Under the pieces are notes generated by a model that made no database searches, was not told where the DNA came from, and saw only the letters and a program-made list of their open reading frames with translations. Of a stretch of DNA of 64,000 bases, positions 56,088-64,000 are shown one piece after another. Made by a program: the position numbers and the translations under genes. The first letter of the stretch is position 1, and each line of letters begins with the position of its first letter. Origin of the DNA: Hyalangium minutum. Its GTDB lineage: Bacteria; Myxococcota; Myxococcia; Myxococcales; Myxococcaceae. The stretch spans positions 806,001-870,000 of the forward strand of contig NZ_JMCB01000003.1 in assembly GCF_000737315.1 (NCBI RefSeq). Reading direction: 5' to 3'.

Positions 56088-56099
56088 GCTTTGGGCTCC

Positions 56100-57284
56100 A
56101 TGGCTTCCTCTCCCCGCCCCTCCCTGAAGGCCCTCACGGGGGTCCGCTTCCTGGCGGCCCTGCACGTGGTGGCCTTCCACTACTTCCCGCGCCAGGGCAC
56201 CCCCGAGTGGTTCCAGCGCTTCCTGGAGGGAGGACCTAGCAGCGTCACCCTCTTCTTCATCCTGTCAGGGTTCATCCTCGCCTACAGCTACCTGGGCGCG
56301 GAGGAGACCGTCCGCGTCGAGCCCCGCGCGTTCTGGGCCGCGCGCTTTGCCCGCGTGTACCCGGTCTATGTGCTCGGGCTGGTGCTGATGACGCCGCCCC
56401 TGTTGGACTTCCTGATCCGGGCCGCAGGCGGGTTCACGCAGGAGGTGCTCTGGAAGCTCTCCAGCACGGGCGCGGCGGTCTTCACGCTCACGCAGGCCTG
56501 GGCTCCGCCGGTGGCGTGCGTCTGGAATTGCCCCGGCTGGTCCCTGTCGGTCGAGGCCTTCTTCTATCTGCTCTTCCCGCTGCTCTGCGTGCCCGTGGTC
56601 CGCGCGGGACAGCGCGGGCTGTGGGCCTCCGCCGCGGCGATGCTCGGAGTGACGGCGGTCACGAGCTTCCTGTGGCTCCTCGTGGATCAGTGGAGCGCCG
56701 CGAGCCCTGCCCCGCTCCTGGGAGCGGAGACATGGAAGCAGGTCGCAGCGTACAACCCGCTCCTCCGGCTGCCGCAGTTCCTCCTGGGCGTGGTGCTGGG
56801 CCGGCTCTTCTCACAGCGCGTCAACGCGGGCCAGGGCATGGGCCCTGCTGCCTCCGTGCAGGCCGTGGTGGCTGCCGTGACGTCACTGGCGATCTTCGTC
56901 GCGCCGTGGGCCGGGGCCGCACTCGCCTTCAAGGAGCTGGCGCTGATGCCCGCCTTCGCGCTCCTCATCTGGGGACTCGCGGACGGGCGCGGACCCTTGG
57001 CCCGGGTGCTGGAGCAGTCCTGGGCCGTCCGCCTGGGCGAGGCCAGCTACGCGCTCTACATCCTCCACCCTCCGATGGGCTTCTACGTCCGGCTGCTGGA
57101 CCATCGTCTCGGGCCGGGGCTCGCCACGTCCTCTCCGAGGAGCTTCTTCGCCGTCTACGTGGCGCTGTCGATCCTCGTCTCGCTGGCGGTGTTCTTCTGG
57201 CTGGAGGAGCCCGCCCGCCGCTGGCTGCGCTCACGGCTGTCCCGCAGGGCTCCTGTCTCCACTCCCTCCGTGTCCCCCACCTGA
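56100..57284 (+). CDS. Acyltransferase family 3 (OafA/YrhL-like) membrane O-acyltransferase
   Basis: LTGVRFLAALHVVAFH, FFILSGF, RFARVYP, WSLSVEAFFY, GEASYALYILH. Confidence 0.92.
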   Translation: MASSPRPSLKALTGVRFLAALHVVAFHYFPRQGTPEWFQRFLEGGPSSVTLFFILSGFILAYSYLGAEETVRVEPRAFWAARFARVYPVYVLGLVLMTPPLLDFLIRAAGGFTQEVLWKLSSTGAAVFTLTQAWAPPVACVWNCPGWSLSVEAFFYLLFPLLCVPVVRAGQRGLWASAAAMLGVTAVTSFLWLLVDQWSAASPAPLLGAETWKQVAAYNPLLRLPQFLLGVVLGRLFSQRVNAGQGMGPAASVQAVVAAVTSLAIFVAPWAGAALAFKELALMPAFALLIWGLADGRGPLARVLEQSWAVRLGEASYALYILHPPMGFYVRLLDHRLGPGLATSSPRSFFAVYVALSILVSLAVFFWLEEPARRWLRSRLSRRAPVSTPSVSPT

Positions 57285-57374
57285 GGCGCCTCAGGCCCGA
57301 CAGGTGAAGCATCGGGAACCGAATCCGCCCAGCGGTGTCTGAGCAGCTGAACACCGCAGTTGGGAGGGACACCG

Positions 57375-57740
57375 ATGTCTGACTTCTTCGTCGCGGGCGG
57401 TTGGGGCATGTATCCTACGCTGTTGGCCGGACTGGGGCTCCTGGTGGCCAGCATCCTCTACGCCCGGAACCCGGACCGGCGGTATGTGCCACTGATGCTG
57501 TCACTGGGCGTGTTCACGCTGATCGCTGGAGGGCTCGGCTTCGTCACGGGGCTGATGGTCTGTCTGAGGAACTACAGCGGCGAAGCGGCCGGTCAGACTC
57601 CCATCCTCATCGCCTATGGCTTAGAGGAGTCGCTGCACAACATCGTCCTGGCGCTGCTCTTGAGCATGCTCGCGGCGCTGTTCGCCTCGGTGGGAGCATG
57701 GCGGCTGTCGCGCCAGTTGCAGGCGGCTCCCGCGCGGTAG
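57375..57740 (+). CDS. Small 3-TM membrane protein (short MotA/TolQ/ExbB-like)
   Basis: SD ggagg; FFVAGGWGMYP start; three hydrophobic helices. Confidence 0.75.
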   Translation: MSDFFVAGGWGMYPTLLAGLGLLVASILYARNPDRRYVPLMLSLGVFTLIAGGLGFVTGLMVCLRNYSGEAAGQTPILIAYGLEESLHNIVLALLLSMLAALFASVGAWRLSRQLQAAPAR

Positions 57741-57771
57741 AGCGCGGGGAATCCGTCTCCACAGCGGGGGG

Positions 57772-57800
57772 TTGCAGGAAAAACGGCTCGGGCCTATATC
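57772..57800 (+). promoter_or_regulatory. sigma70-type promoter of the ABC-F leader
   Basis: TTGCAG-N17-TATATC. Confidence 0.5.
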
Positions 57801-57838
57801 TGGGCCCGTCGTTCCCTGCGCGAGGTCCAGCAACGCCA

Positions 57839-57856
57839 ATGAAGCTGAACGCCTGA
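57839..57856 (+). CDS. Putative leader peptide MKLNA of the ABC-F gene
   Basis: atg aag ctg aac gcc tga; gaggt about 11 nt upstream; its last codons pair with the ABC-F SD. Confidence 0.4.
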   Translation: MKLNA

Positions 57857-57920
57857 AATCCGCGGCCCTAGAGCCTTCCCAAGCGCCGAGCCCTGCTCGG
57901 CCGGATTCAGGAGTTCCTTC

Positions 57921-59423
57921 ATGTCATCCCTTCGCGCGCACGGCGTTTCCTTTTCCTATTCGGATGCTGTCTCCCTGCTCACCGGCGTGGAGTTCCACCT
58001 CTCGCCTGGCTGGACAGGGCTCGTCGGAGCCAACGGCGCCGGCAAGTCCACCCTGCTGCGGCTGCTCTCCGGAGCGCTGAAGCCCAGCGAGGGCCACTTC
58101 CAGTATGAGCCTCGCGAGCCCGTCATCTGTCTCTGTCCGCAGAGCGTGGAGACACTGAGCCCGGAGATCTCCGCGTTCGCAGACGCGTGGGACGCGGTGT
58201 CCCGGCGAGTGCTCGGGCAGCTCGGGTTGGATCCGGGGGCGTTGGAGCGCTGGCCCACGCTGTCCCCTGGAGAGCGCAAGCGGTGGCAGATCGGCGCGGC
58301 GCTCGCGGCCGAGCCGGACGTGCTGCTGCTGGACGAGCCTACCAACCACCTGGACGCAGAGGCGCGAGGGTGGCTCCTCTCCGCGCTGCGCCGGTTCCGG
58401 GGCGTGGGCATCGTGGTGTCGCACGATCGAACGGTGCTGGAGGAGCTGACGTCCTCGACGCTGCGGGTCCATGCGGGCGAGGCGCGGCTGTGGCCCGGTG
58501 CGTACTCGGCGGCGCGCGAGTGCTGGGAGACCGAGCGTGAGGGGCAGAATGCAGCCCGGGAGCAAGCGAAGGATCAACACCGGCGGCTGGCGCAGCGGCT
58601 CGATCAGACGCGCCGCGAGCAGCAGTCCGCGGCGCTCGCGCGCAACGCGGGCCGGCGCATGAAGGACAAGAACGACAACGACGCGCGCTCCATGGGAGCG
58701 AAGGTGGTGGCCGGCTGGGCGGAGGCGGGGCTTGGAAACAAGGTGAGCGTGCTGCGGCGAGAGACGGAGCGAGCGGAGGAGGCGATCGGGGAGTTCCAGG
58801 TGGACAAGACGGTGGGGCGCTCGGTCTTCGTGGACTACGTGCGCTCTCCGAACCCGTGGTTGTTCACGCTGGAGAACGAGCCGCTGCGCGCAGGGGACGT
58901 GGAGCTGATGGGGCCGCTCACGCTATCGGTGGGCCGGGAGAGCCGCATCCGCATCGAGGGCCCCAACGGCGCGGGGAAGACAACGCTGCTGAGGGCCTTG
59001 CTGACACACGCGCGGGTGCCGCTGGAGCGGGTGCTGTACCTGCCGCAGGACGTGGGAGAGGAGGAGGCCGCGGCGGCGCTGGAGACGGTGCGAGGCCTGG
59101 CGCCCGAGGAAAAGGGCCGCGTGCTGTCGCTGGTGGCGGCGCTGGGAGTGGATCCAGAACGGCTGTTGGCCTCGGAGCAGCCCTCACCGGGAGAGGTGCG
59201 CAAGCTGCTAATCGCCCAGGGATTGGGGCAGCATGCGTGGGCGCTCGTGCTGGACGAGCCGACGAACCACCTGGATCTGCCCTCGATCGAGCGCCTGGAG
59301 GCGGCCCTGCGGGACTACCCGGGAGCGCTGCTGTTGGTGACGCACGACACGCACTTCGCGCGCCGGTGCACTACGGAGCGGTGGCTCGTGGAGGGGGGCA
59401 CGATCACCGCCTCCACGGAGTAA
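57921..59423 (+). CDS. ABC-F family ATPase (ribosome-associated, possible antibiotic-resistance ABC-F)
   Basis: Two NBDs (GANGAGKST, LLLDEPTNHLD; GPNGAGKTT, LVLDEPTNHLD), no TM domain, long coiled-coil inter-NBD linker. Confidence 0.92.
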   Translation: MSSLRAHGVSFSYSDAVSLLTGVEFHLSPGWTGLVGANGAGKSTLLRLLSGALKPSEGHFQYEPREPVICLCPQSVETLSPEISAFADAWDAVSRRVLGQLGLDPGALERWPTLSPGERKRWQIGAALAAEPDVLLLDEPTNHLDAEARGWLLSALRRFRGVGIVVSHDRTVLEELTSSTLRVHAGEARLWPGAYSAARECWETEREGQNAAREQAKDQHRRLAQRLDQTRREQQSAALARNAGRRMKDKNDNDARSMGAKVVAGWAEAGLGNKVSVLRRETERAEEAIGEFQVDKTVGRSVFVDYVRSPNPWLFTLENEPLRAGDVELMGPLTLSVGRESRIRIEGPNGAGKTTLLRALLTHARVPLERVLYLPQDVGEEEAAAALETVRGLAPEEKGRVLSLVAALGVDPERLLASEQPSPGEVRKLLIAQGLGQHAWALVLDEPTNHLDLPSIERLEAALRDYPGALLLVTHDTHFARRCTTERWLVEGGTITASTE

Positions 59424-59445
59424 ACCGGCTCCCACGGACGTCCTC

Positions 59446-60420
59446 TCACGGCAGCTGCTCAGTGGCTCCGGACTCCACCAACTGGCTCCATACCGAGGGC
59501 TTGTCCACCTTCAGCCCTCCCTGCCCCACCTGAATGAGCCGCTCGTCCTGAGCCTTGCGGTACACCCTCGGCGGCGAGGACGGCTGCTTCGGATCGCTGT
59601 CCTTCGCCGTGATCTGCTCCGCCACCCGGATCCCATCCGGCGCCACCGTCAGCGCGGAGGTGTACTCGTACTTGCGCATCCACCGGCTCGGCAGCGGCTG
59701 CGTCGCCGTGCGGCTCAGCGCGATGTTCGCCGCCTGCATGCATTTGCCGTCCGGCCCGGCCAGCGTCTCCGCCACGAACCTGTTGCCCCGCAGCGGCATC
59801 AGCCGCACGGACCGCTGGCACTGCTTCTTCTCCTCCTCGCCCCAGCAGCGCTCCCCGTCCACCAGCAGCACCTCCACGCCTCCAATGCGCTCCAGGCGTA
59901 GCCGCGCGCTCTTCGGAAATGCCTTCAACGTCCCAAGCGCCCGCACCGCCAGCCCGCGCGGCGTGGCCTCCACCAGCGCCACCGGCCCTACCGCCTCCCC
60001 ATTCGAGAACCGCCGGACCACCGCCCACACCAGCTTCAGGTCCAGCCGCATCTCGGTGATGATCATCTCCTCCACCGTCAGCGGCTGCAGCGGCAGCGGG
60101 TTGCCCGCCTGCGACACCTCGGTGCAGTCCCCCGGCGCTGGATCCTGGAAGAGGATCGGCGTGCCCATGCAGTCCGTGGGCGGCTGGGACACCTTACCCG
60201 TCGACGGATCGTACCCATTGATCAGCAGTTGGAAGAGCGCCTCCGGCTTCCACACCGCCGGAGAGATCACCTTCATCGTCGCCGGCAGCTCCGAGAAGCA
60301 CAGCGCCCGAACCACTGGCTCGCGCACCGGCGCCTCGTGCTTGCACCCCGCCACCGCCACCACCAGCGCCACCGCCAGCCACTGAAGGGCGTGGCCCCCG
60401 CGAATCCCTGCGCGCGTCAT
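59446..60420 (-). CDS. Cys-containing lipoprotein of unknown function, coupled to tagH
   Basis: ATG at 60420 overlaps the tagH stop (ATGA); lipobox VAGC; several paired Cys. Confidence 0.75.
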   Translation of the reverse strand: MTRAGIRGGHALQWLAVALVVAVAGCKHEAPVREPVVRALCFSELPATMKVISPAVWKPEALFQLLINGYDPSTGKVSQPPTDCMGTPILFQDPAPGDCTEVSQAGNPLPLQPLTVEEMIITEMRLDLKLVWAVVRRFSNGEAVGPVALVEATPRGLAVRALGTLKAFPKSARLRLERIGGVEVLLVDGERCWGEEEKKQCQRSVRLMPLRGNRFVAETLAGPDGKCMQAANIALSRTATQPLPSRWMRKYEYTSALTVAPDGIRVAEQITAKDSDPKQPSSPPRVYRKAQDERLIQVGQGGLKVDKPSVWSQLVESGATEQLP

Positions 60421-62045
60421 GACTCCGCTTCCTCCTCCGAGCCACCGTCCAGCGTGTCGCTCGCGTCCCCGCTTCCCTTGTTCGCCGCGTCGCCGACAAT
60501 GGCCAGGTAGGCCTTGGCGAACTCGGGCCCGAACAGAACGGCCGTCAGCTCCCGCTCCTCCTCCAGGAAGGCCCGGTGCTGCTCCGTGTACTTCTCCCAC
60601 TTCTTCACCAGGTTGAAGGGCCACACGCCCCCAATCCCCTTGCCCAGGAGCTCCGGATCCAGCCGCTGCAAGAGCCCCTTCACGCCCTCGCGCATACCGT
60701 TGAGCAGCGCGATCTGGTGGATCATCACGTCCACGAACCCGCCCATCAGCTCCTGCACCCGATTGGCGCTCTCCGGCACCTTGAAGTCCAAGAGGTAGCG
60801 CAGCAGCTCACGCGTGCTCCGCATCCGCGTCAGCGGGTTCTGGTCGTTCGTCACGGGCACCGCCATCTGCTGGCCGAACTGATCGTGCCCCTGCCGCAGC
60901 TCGATGAAGGCGCGGGCGAACGTCTCCAGCAGCTCCGCCATGTGCTCCAGGAAGCGCTGCATGTCCGCCTCGGTCTGCAGCCCTCGGTTATCGGACAGGT
61001 ACGAGCGCACGAAGCGGTTCAGCAGCTCGCGCGACACCATGTCCAGCCGGTTCCCCTGCCCCGCAGCCGCCGCCAGAGCCCCCGGGCCTGCCGTGACGGG
61101 CTCCGGGTTGACGGGGCGCCCTACGTTCTTGGCGATCTCCTGGAACATGGGCTCCTGCGCCATCTCCGGCATGCGCCGCTGAAGCTGGGCGATGAGCTGG
61201 CCGCGATCCTGCTCCGGCAGCGTGTCCACGCCCTTGGCCAGCCCCTGGTGCAGCATCTTCCAGGCGGTGCGGTAGGCGTTGTAGAGCGGCACCAGCTGCT
61301 GAATGGTGTTCTGCAGCGCCGCTGCCCCGCCCGGAGCCTGGGGCAGCACCTGCACGTTGCTCACGGTGCCGCGCCGGCGCCCCGTCACCTGCACCAGCGC
61401 GGGCGGCGGAATGGGCTTGCGAGGCTGGGGCGCATCCCCCTCCTGCTCGCTGACCGTGTGCAGCTCCAGGTTGGTGGCCTCGTCGACCGTGTCCTCCTGC
61501 AGCGCCGGGGCAATGATGGTGCGCGGCTGTTGGCCGGTGACTTCCTCCTGCGCGGCCTCCTGCTCCAGCAGCGCGTCCAGGCTGGGCAGCATCGCGGTGC
61601 GCTGCTCCTGCTTGCGCTCCTGGATAGGGGTGGGCTTGAAGCTGAGGGCCTCGGGCTTGATGCCACCCTCGTTCATGATATCGGCCAGCGCGCGGAACTG
61701 CGTCTGGCGGGACGAGGTGTCCTTCTGCGCCTTGGCGTCCCGCGAGAACTCGAACGCCACCGAGCCGATCGTCACTTGCATGCCCGGCTTGATCTGCGCT
61801 GGGACGTTCTTCTCGATGCGCTTGCCCGCGACGACGACGCCGTTGGTGGAGCCCAGATCCACGACGGAGATGGAGCCCTTGTCGAAGCGCACCAGCGCGT
61901 GAAACAGCGAAACGAAGGGCCGGGGGATGGGGATGTCGTTGAGCTGGTTCCGGCCGATGCGCACCGGCGACGAGGTGAAGACGTACTGCTTCTCCAGCGG
62001 CGGGTGGGACTCGACGTCCTTGATGCGGATCACCAGGGGAAGCAT
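60417..62045 (-). CDS. tagH: Type VI secretion system-associated FHA domain protein (TagH/Fha)
   Basis: N-terminal FHA (IGRNQLNDIPI...VSLFHA...DLGSTNG); C-terminal QNPL...HQIALLNGMREGVKGLLQRLDP region typical of T6SS Fha; adjacent to clpV. Confidence 0.85.
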   Translation of the reverse strand: MLPLVIRIKDVESHPPLEKQYVFTSSPVRIGRNQLNDIPIPRPFVSLFHALVRFDKGSISVVDLGSTNGVVVAGKRIEKNVPAQIKPGMQVTIGSVAFEFSRDAKAQKDTSSRQTQFRALADIMNEGGIKPEALSFKPTPIQERKQEQRTAMLPSLDALLEQEAAQEEVTGQQPRTIIAPALQEDTVDEATNLELHTVSEQEGDAPQPRKPIPPPALVQVTGRRRGTVSNVQVLPQAPGGAAALQNTIQQLVPLYNAYRTAWKMLHQGLAKGVDTLPEQDRGQLIAQLQRRMPEMAQEPMFQEIAKNVGRPVNPEPVTAGPGALAAAAGQGNRLDMVSRELLNRFVRSYLSDNRGLQTEADMQRFLEHMAELLETFARAFIELRQGHDQFGQQMAVPVTNDQNPLTRMRSTRELLRYLLDFKVPESANRVQELMGGFVDVMIHQIALLNGMREGVKGLLQRLDPELLGKGIGGVWPFNLVKKWEKYTEQHRAFLEEERELTAVLFGPEFAKAYLAIVGDAANKGSGDASDTLDGGSEEEAES

Positions 62046-62060
62046 GAACCTTCTCCTACC

Positions 62061-62098
62061 AAAAAAAGGGGCCTCCGGTTCCCCGGGGCCCCCTTTTT
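62061..62098 (-). terminator. Intrinsic (bidirectional-looking) terminator between clpV and tagH
   Basis: A7-ggggcc-t-ccgg-ttcc-ccgg-ggcccc-c-T5; the minus-strand RNA has a GGAA tetraloop and U7 tail. Confidence 0.7.
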
Positions 62099-62129
62099 AC
62101 GCGCCCTGTAGGGTCCTGTCCCCCCTTTC

Positions 62130-64000
62130 TTACGCCTGGGAGAAGGCCAGATCCCACTCCCCGCTGGGGCTGAGCCCCACAGTGAGGTGGGTAGGCGTGG
62201 CCCCGCTTGCCAGCTGCTCGAGCAGCTCACGCGACAGCTGCGGCATGAGCGAGGCGCGCATCACGTGGTCCACGTTGCGCGCGCCCGAGTCCATGTCCGT
62301 GCACCGGCGGGCGAACTCCTCGATGACCTCCGGGGCGAACTCCGTCTTGATGCGGTGGGAGGTGTGCAGGCGCCCCGCCAGGGAGTTGAGCTTCATCACC
62401 GCGATGTCCTTGAGGATCTCGCGCGAGATGGGGACGTAGGGCACCACGCTCATGCGGGCCAGGAGCGCGGGCTTGAAGTGCTTGGTGAGCACCGGCTTGA
62501 TGGCGTCGCGCACGGCGTCCACGGCGGGAGGCTCGGGGGCCTGGAACATCTGGGTGATGACGTCCGTGGCCAGGTTGCTGGTGAGGATGATGACGGTGTT
62601 CTTGAAGTCCACCGTGCGGCCCTCGCCGTCGTTGAGTACGCCCTTATCGAACACCTGGTAGAAGAGGTTCAGCACCTCGGGGTCGGCCTTCTCGCACTCG
62701 TCCAGGAGCACCACGGAGTACGGGCGCTGGCGCACGGCCTCCGTGAGCATGCCACCCTCGCCGTAGCCCACGTAGCCCGGCGGCGAGCCGATGAGGCGCG
62801 ACACCGTGTGCTTCTCCTGGAACTCGGACATGTTGATGGTGGTGAGGAAGCGCTCGCCGCCGTAGAGAGCATCCGCCAGGGCCAGGGCCGTCTCCGTCTT
62901 GCCCACGCCGCTGGTGCCCACGAAGAGCAGCACGCCGATGGGGGTGTTCGGGTTGCGGATGCCCGCCGTGGAGGCGCGCACCGTCTCGGCCACCGTCTTC
63001 AGCGCCATCTCCTGGCCGCGCACGCGCGACCGGAGCGTCTCCTCCAGGTTCAGCACCGCCTGGAGCGAGGAGCTGCGCATCTTGCCCACGGGGATGCCCG
63101 TCCAGCCGGCCACCACCCGGGCCACCACGTCCGTGTCCACATCCGAGTGGACCATGGGGGACTCACCCCCCAGGCGCTTGAGGTGCTCGCGAGCCTCCTC
63201 CAGCTTGGCCTTGAGCTTCTCCTTCTCGCCGGCGTCCTTGGCGGCGTCCGTCTCGGCCTGGGCCTTCTTCAGCCCATCCACGGCGGCGCGCTGCTCCTCC
63301 CACTTGGCGCGCAGCGTGGCCACCTGATCCTGCACGGCCTTCAGGCGCTCCTCTACGGGGACGCCATCCTCAGGGGGCGGCTTCTGGCCCGAGGCCAGCT
63401 CGCGCTCGCGGGAGGCCTTCTCGCTCTCCAGCGAGGCCAGCTTCGCCTCCAGCTCCACCAGCTCGTCCGGGCGGGCGCTCTGCTCCAGCTTCACGCGCGC
63501 GGCGGCCGTGTCGAGCAGGTCCACCGCCTTGTCCGGCAGCAGGCGGCCGGAGATGTAGCGGTGCGACAGCTCCACCGCCGCGACGATGGCCTCCTCGCGA
63601 ATGCTCACGCCGTGGGCCTTCTCGTACACGGGGCGCAGGCCGCGGATCATCAGCACCGCGTCCTGCTGCGAGGGCTCCTCCACCTTCACCGGCTGGAAGC
63701 GGCGCTCCAGGGCGGGATCCTTCTCGAAGTACTTCTTGTACTCGGACCAGGTGGTGGCGGCCACAGTGCGCAGCTCACCGCGCGCCAGCTCGGGCTTGAG
63801 CAGGTTCGCCGCGTCGCCGCCGCCCTGAGGGCCACCCGCGCCGATCAGCGTGTGCGCCTCGTCGATGAAGAGGATGATCGGCTTGGGCGAGGCCTTCACC
63901 TCGGAGATGACGGCCTTGAGGCGGTTCTCGAACTCGCCCTTCACGCCCGCGCCCGCCTGCAGCAGGCCCAGGTCCAGCCCGAGCAGCTCGAAGTTCTTCA
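62130..64000 (-). CDS. tssH: Type VI secretion ATPase TssH/ClpV; 5' part outside the window
   Basis: [21 protein letters not shown] (ClpV-type signature, read from 63990 leftward), [48 protein letters not shown]. Confidence 0.93.
   Translation of the reverse strand, partial: KNFELLGLDLGLLQAGAGVKGEFENRLKAVISEVKASPKPIILFIDEAHTLIGAGGPQGGGDAANLLKPELARGELRTVAATTWSEYKKYFEKDPALERRFQPVKVEEPSQQDAVLMIRGLRPVYEKAHGVSIREEAIVAAVELSHRYISGRLLPDKAVDLLDTAAARVKLEQSARPDELVELEAKLASLESEKASRERELASGQKPPPEDGVPVEERLKAVQDQVATLRAKWEEQRAAVDGLKKAQAETDAAKDAGEKEKLKAKLEEAREHLKRLGGESPMVHSDVDTDVVARVVAGWTGIPVGKMRSSSLQAVLNLEETLRSRVRGQEMALKTVAETVRASTAGIRNPNTPIGVLLFVGTSGVGKTETALALADALYGGERFLTTINMSEFQEKHTVSRLIGSPPGYVGYGEGGMLTEAVRQRPYSVVLLDECEKADPEVLNLFYQVFDKGVLNDGEGRTVDFKNTVIILTSNLATDVITQMFQAPEPPAVDAVRDAIKPVLTKHFKPALLARMSVVPYVPISREILKDIAVMKLNSLAGRLHTSHRIKTEFAPEVIEEFARRCTDMDSGARNVDHVMRASLMPQLSRELLEQLASGATPTHLTVGLSPSGEWDLAFSQA

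Overview
High-GC myxobacterial chromosome segment (Myxococcales, probably Cystobacterineae; inferred from DUF2378, TPR-type Ser/Thr kinases, DnaE2 and a T6SS ClpV). Left to right it holds: a sugar-scavenging locus (YtfQ-like ABC transporter, two divergent GH43 lipoproteins, galK); a UDPGP-family pyrophosphorylase and an M24-fold protein; an FHA-GAF-adenylyl cyclase coupled to a Ser/Thr kinase; truD; an ECF sigma/ZAS anti-sigma/STN-beta-helix membrane protein trio; a two-subunit flavin/Fe-S amine dehydrogenase; SDR, USP, DUF2378 and a TPR kinase; two tandem C39-like peptidases; plsC-like acyltransferase, xth, hydrolases, AKR and PhyH; a histidine kinase; WbqC; an AAA ATPase; an acyl-CoA dehydrogenase; GntR; lnt; a secreted SGNH hydrolase; dnaE2 with a LexA-like box; NfeD-SPFH; an OafA-type acyltransferase; an ABC-F protein; and the end of a T6SS cluster (tagH/fha, partial clpV). 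I saw no rRNA, tRNA, CRISPR array, transposase or integrase. The most striking unannotated signal is a probable sigma54-driven ~180-nt sRNA (about 24101-24278) carrying two near-identical hairpins with an AAUCCCCC loop. The same loop recurs 27 kb away in a possible two-state hairpin over the ribosome-binding site of the SGNH gene, which hints at a Csr/Rsm-like RNA-protein regulatory system. Other leads: a uORF/SD-sequestering attenuator before the ABC-F gene, tandem YxGPDRR motifs (Cle-type c-di-GMP motif) on the AAA ATPase, and a possible galactofuranose-harvesting pathway lacking GalT. All family calls are by motif recognition only; no searches or folding programs were run, and start codons were chosen by eye.
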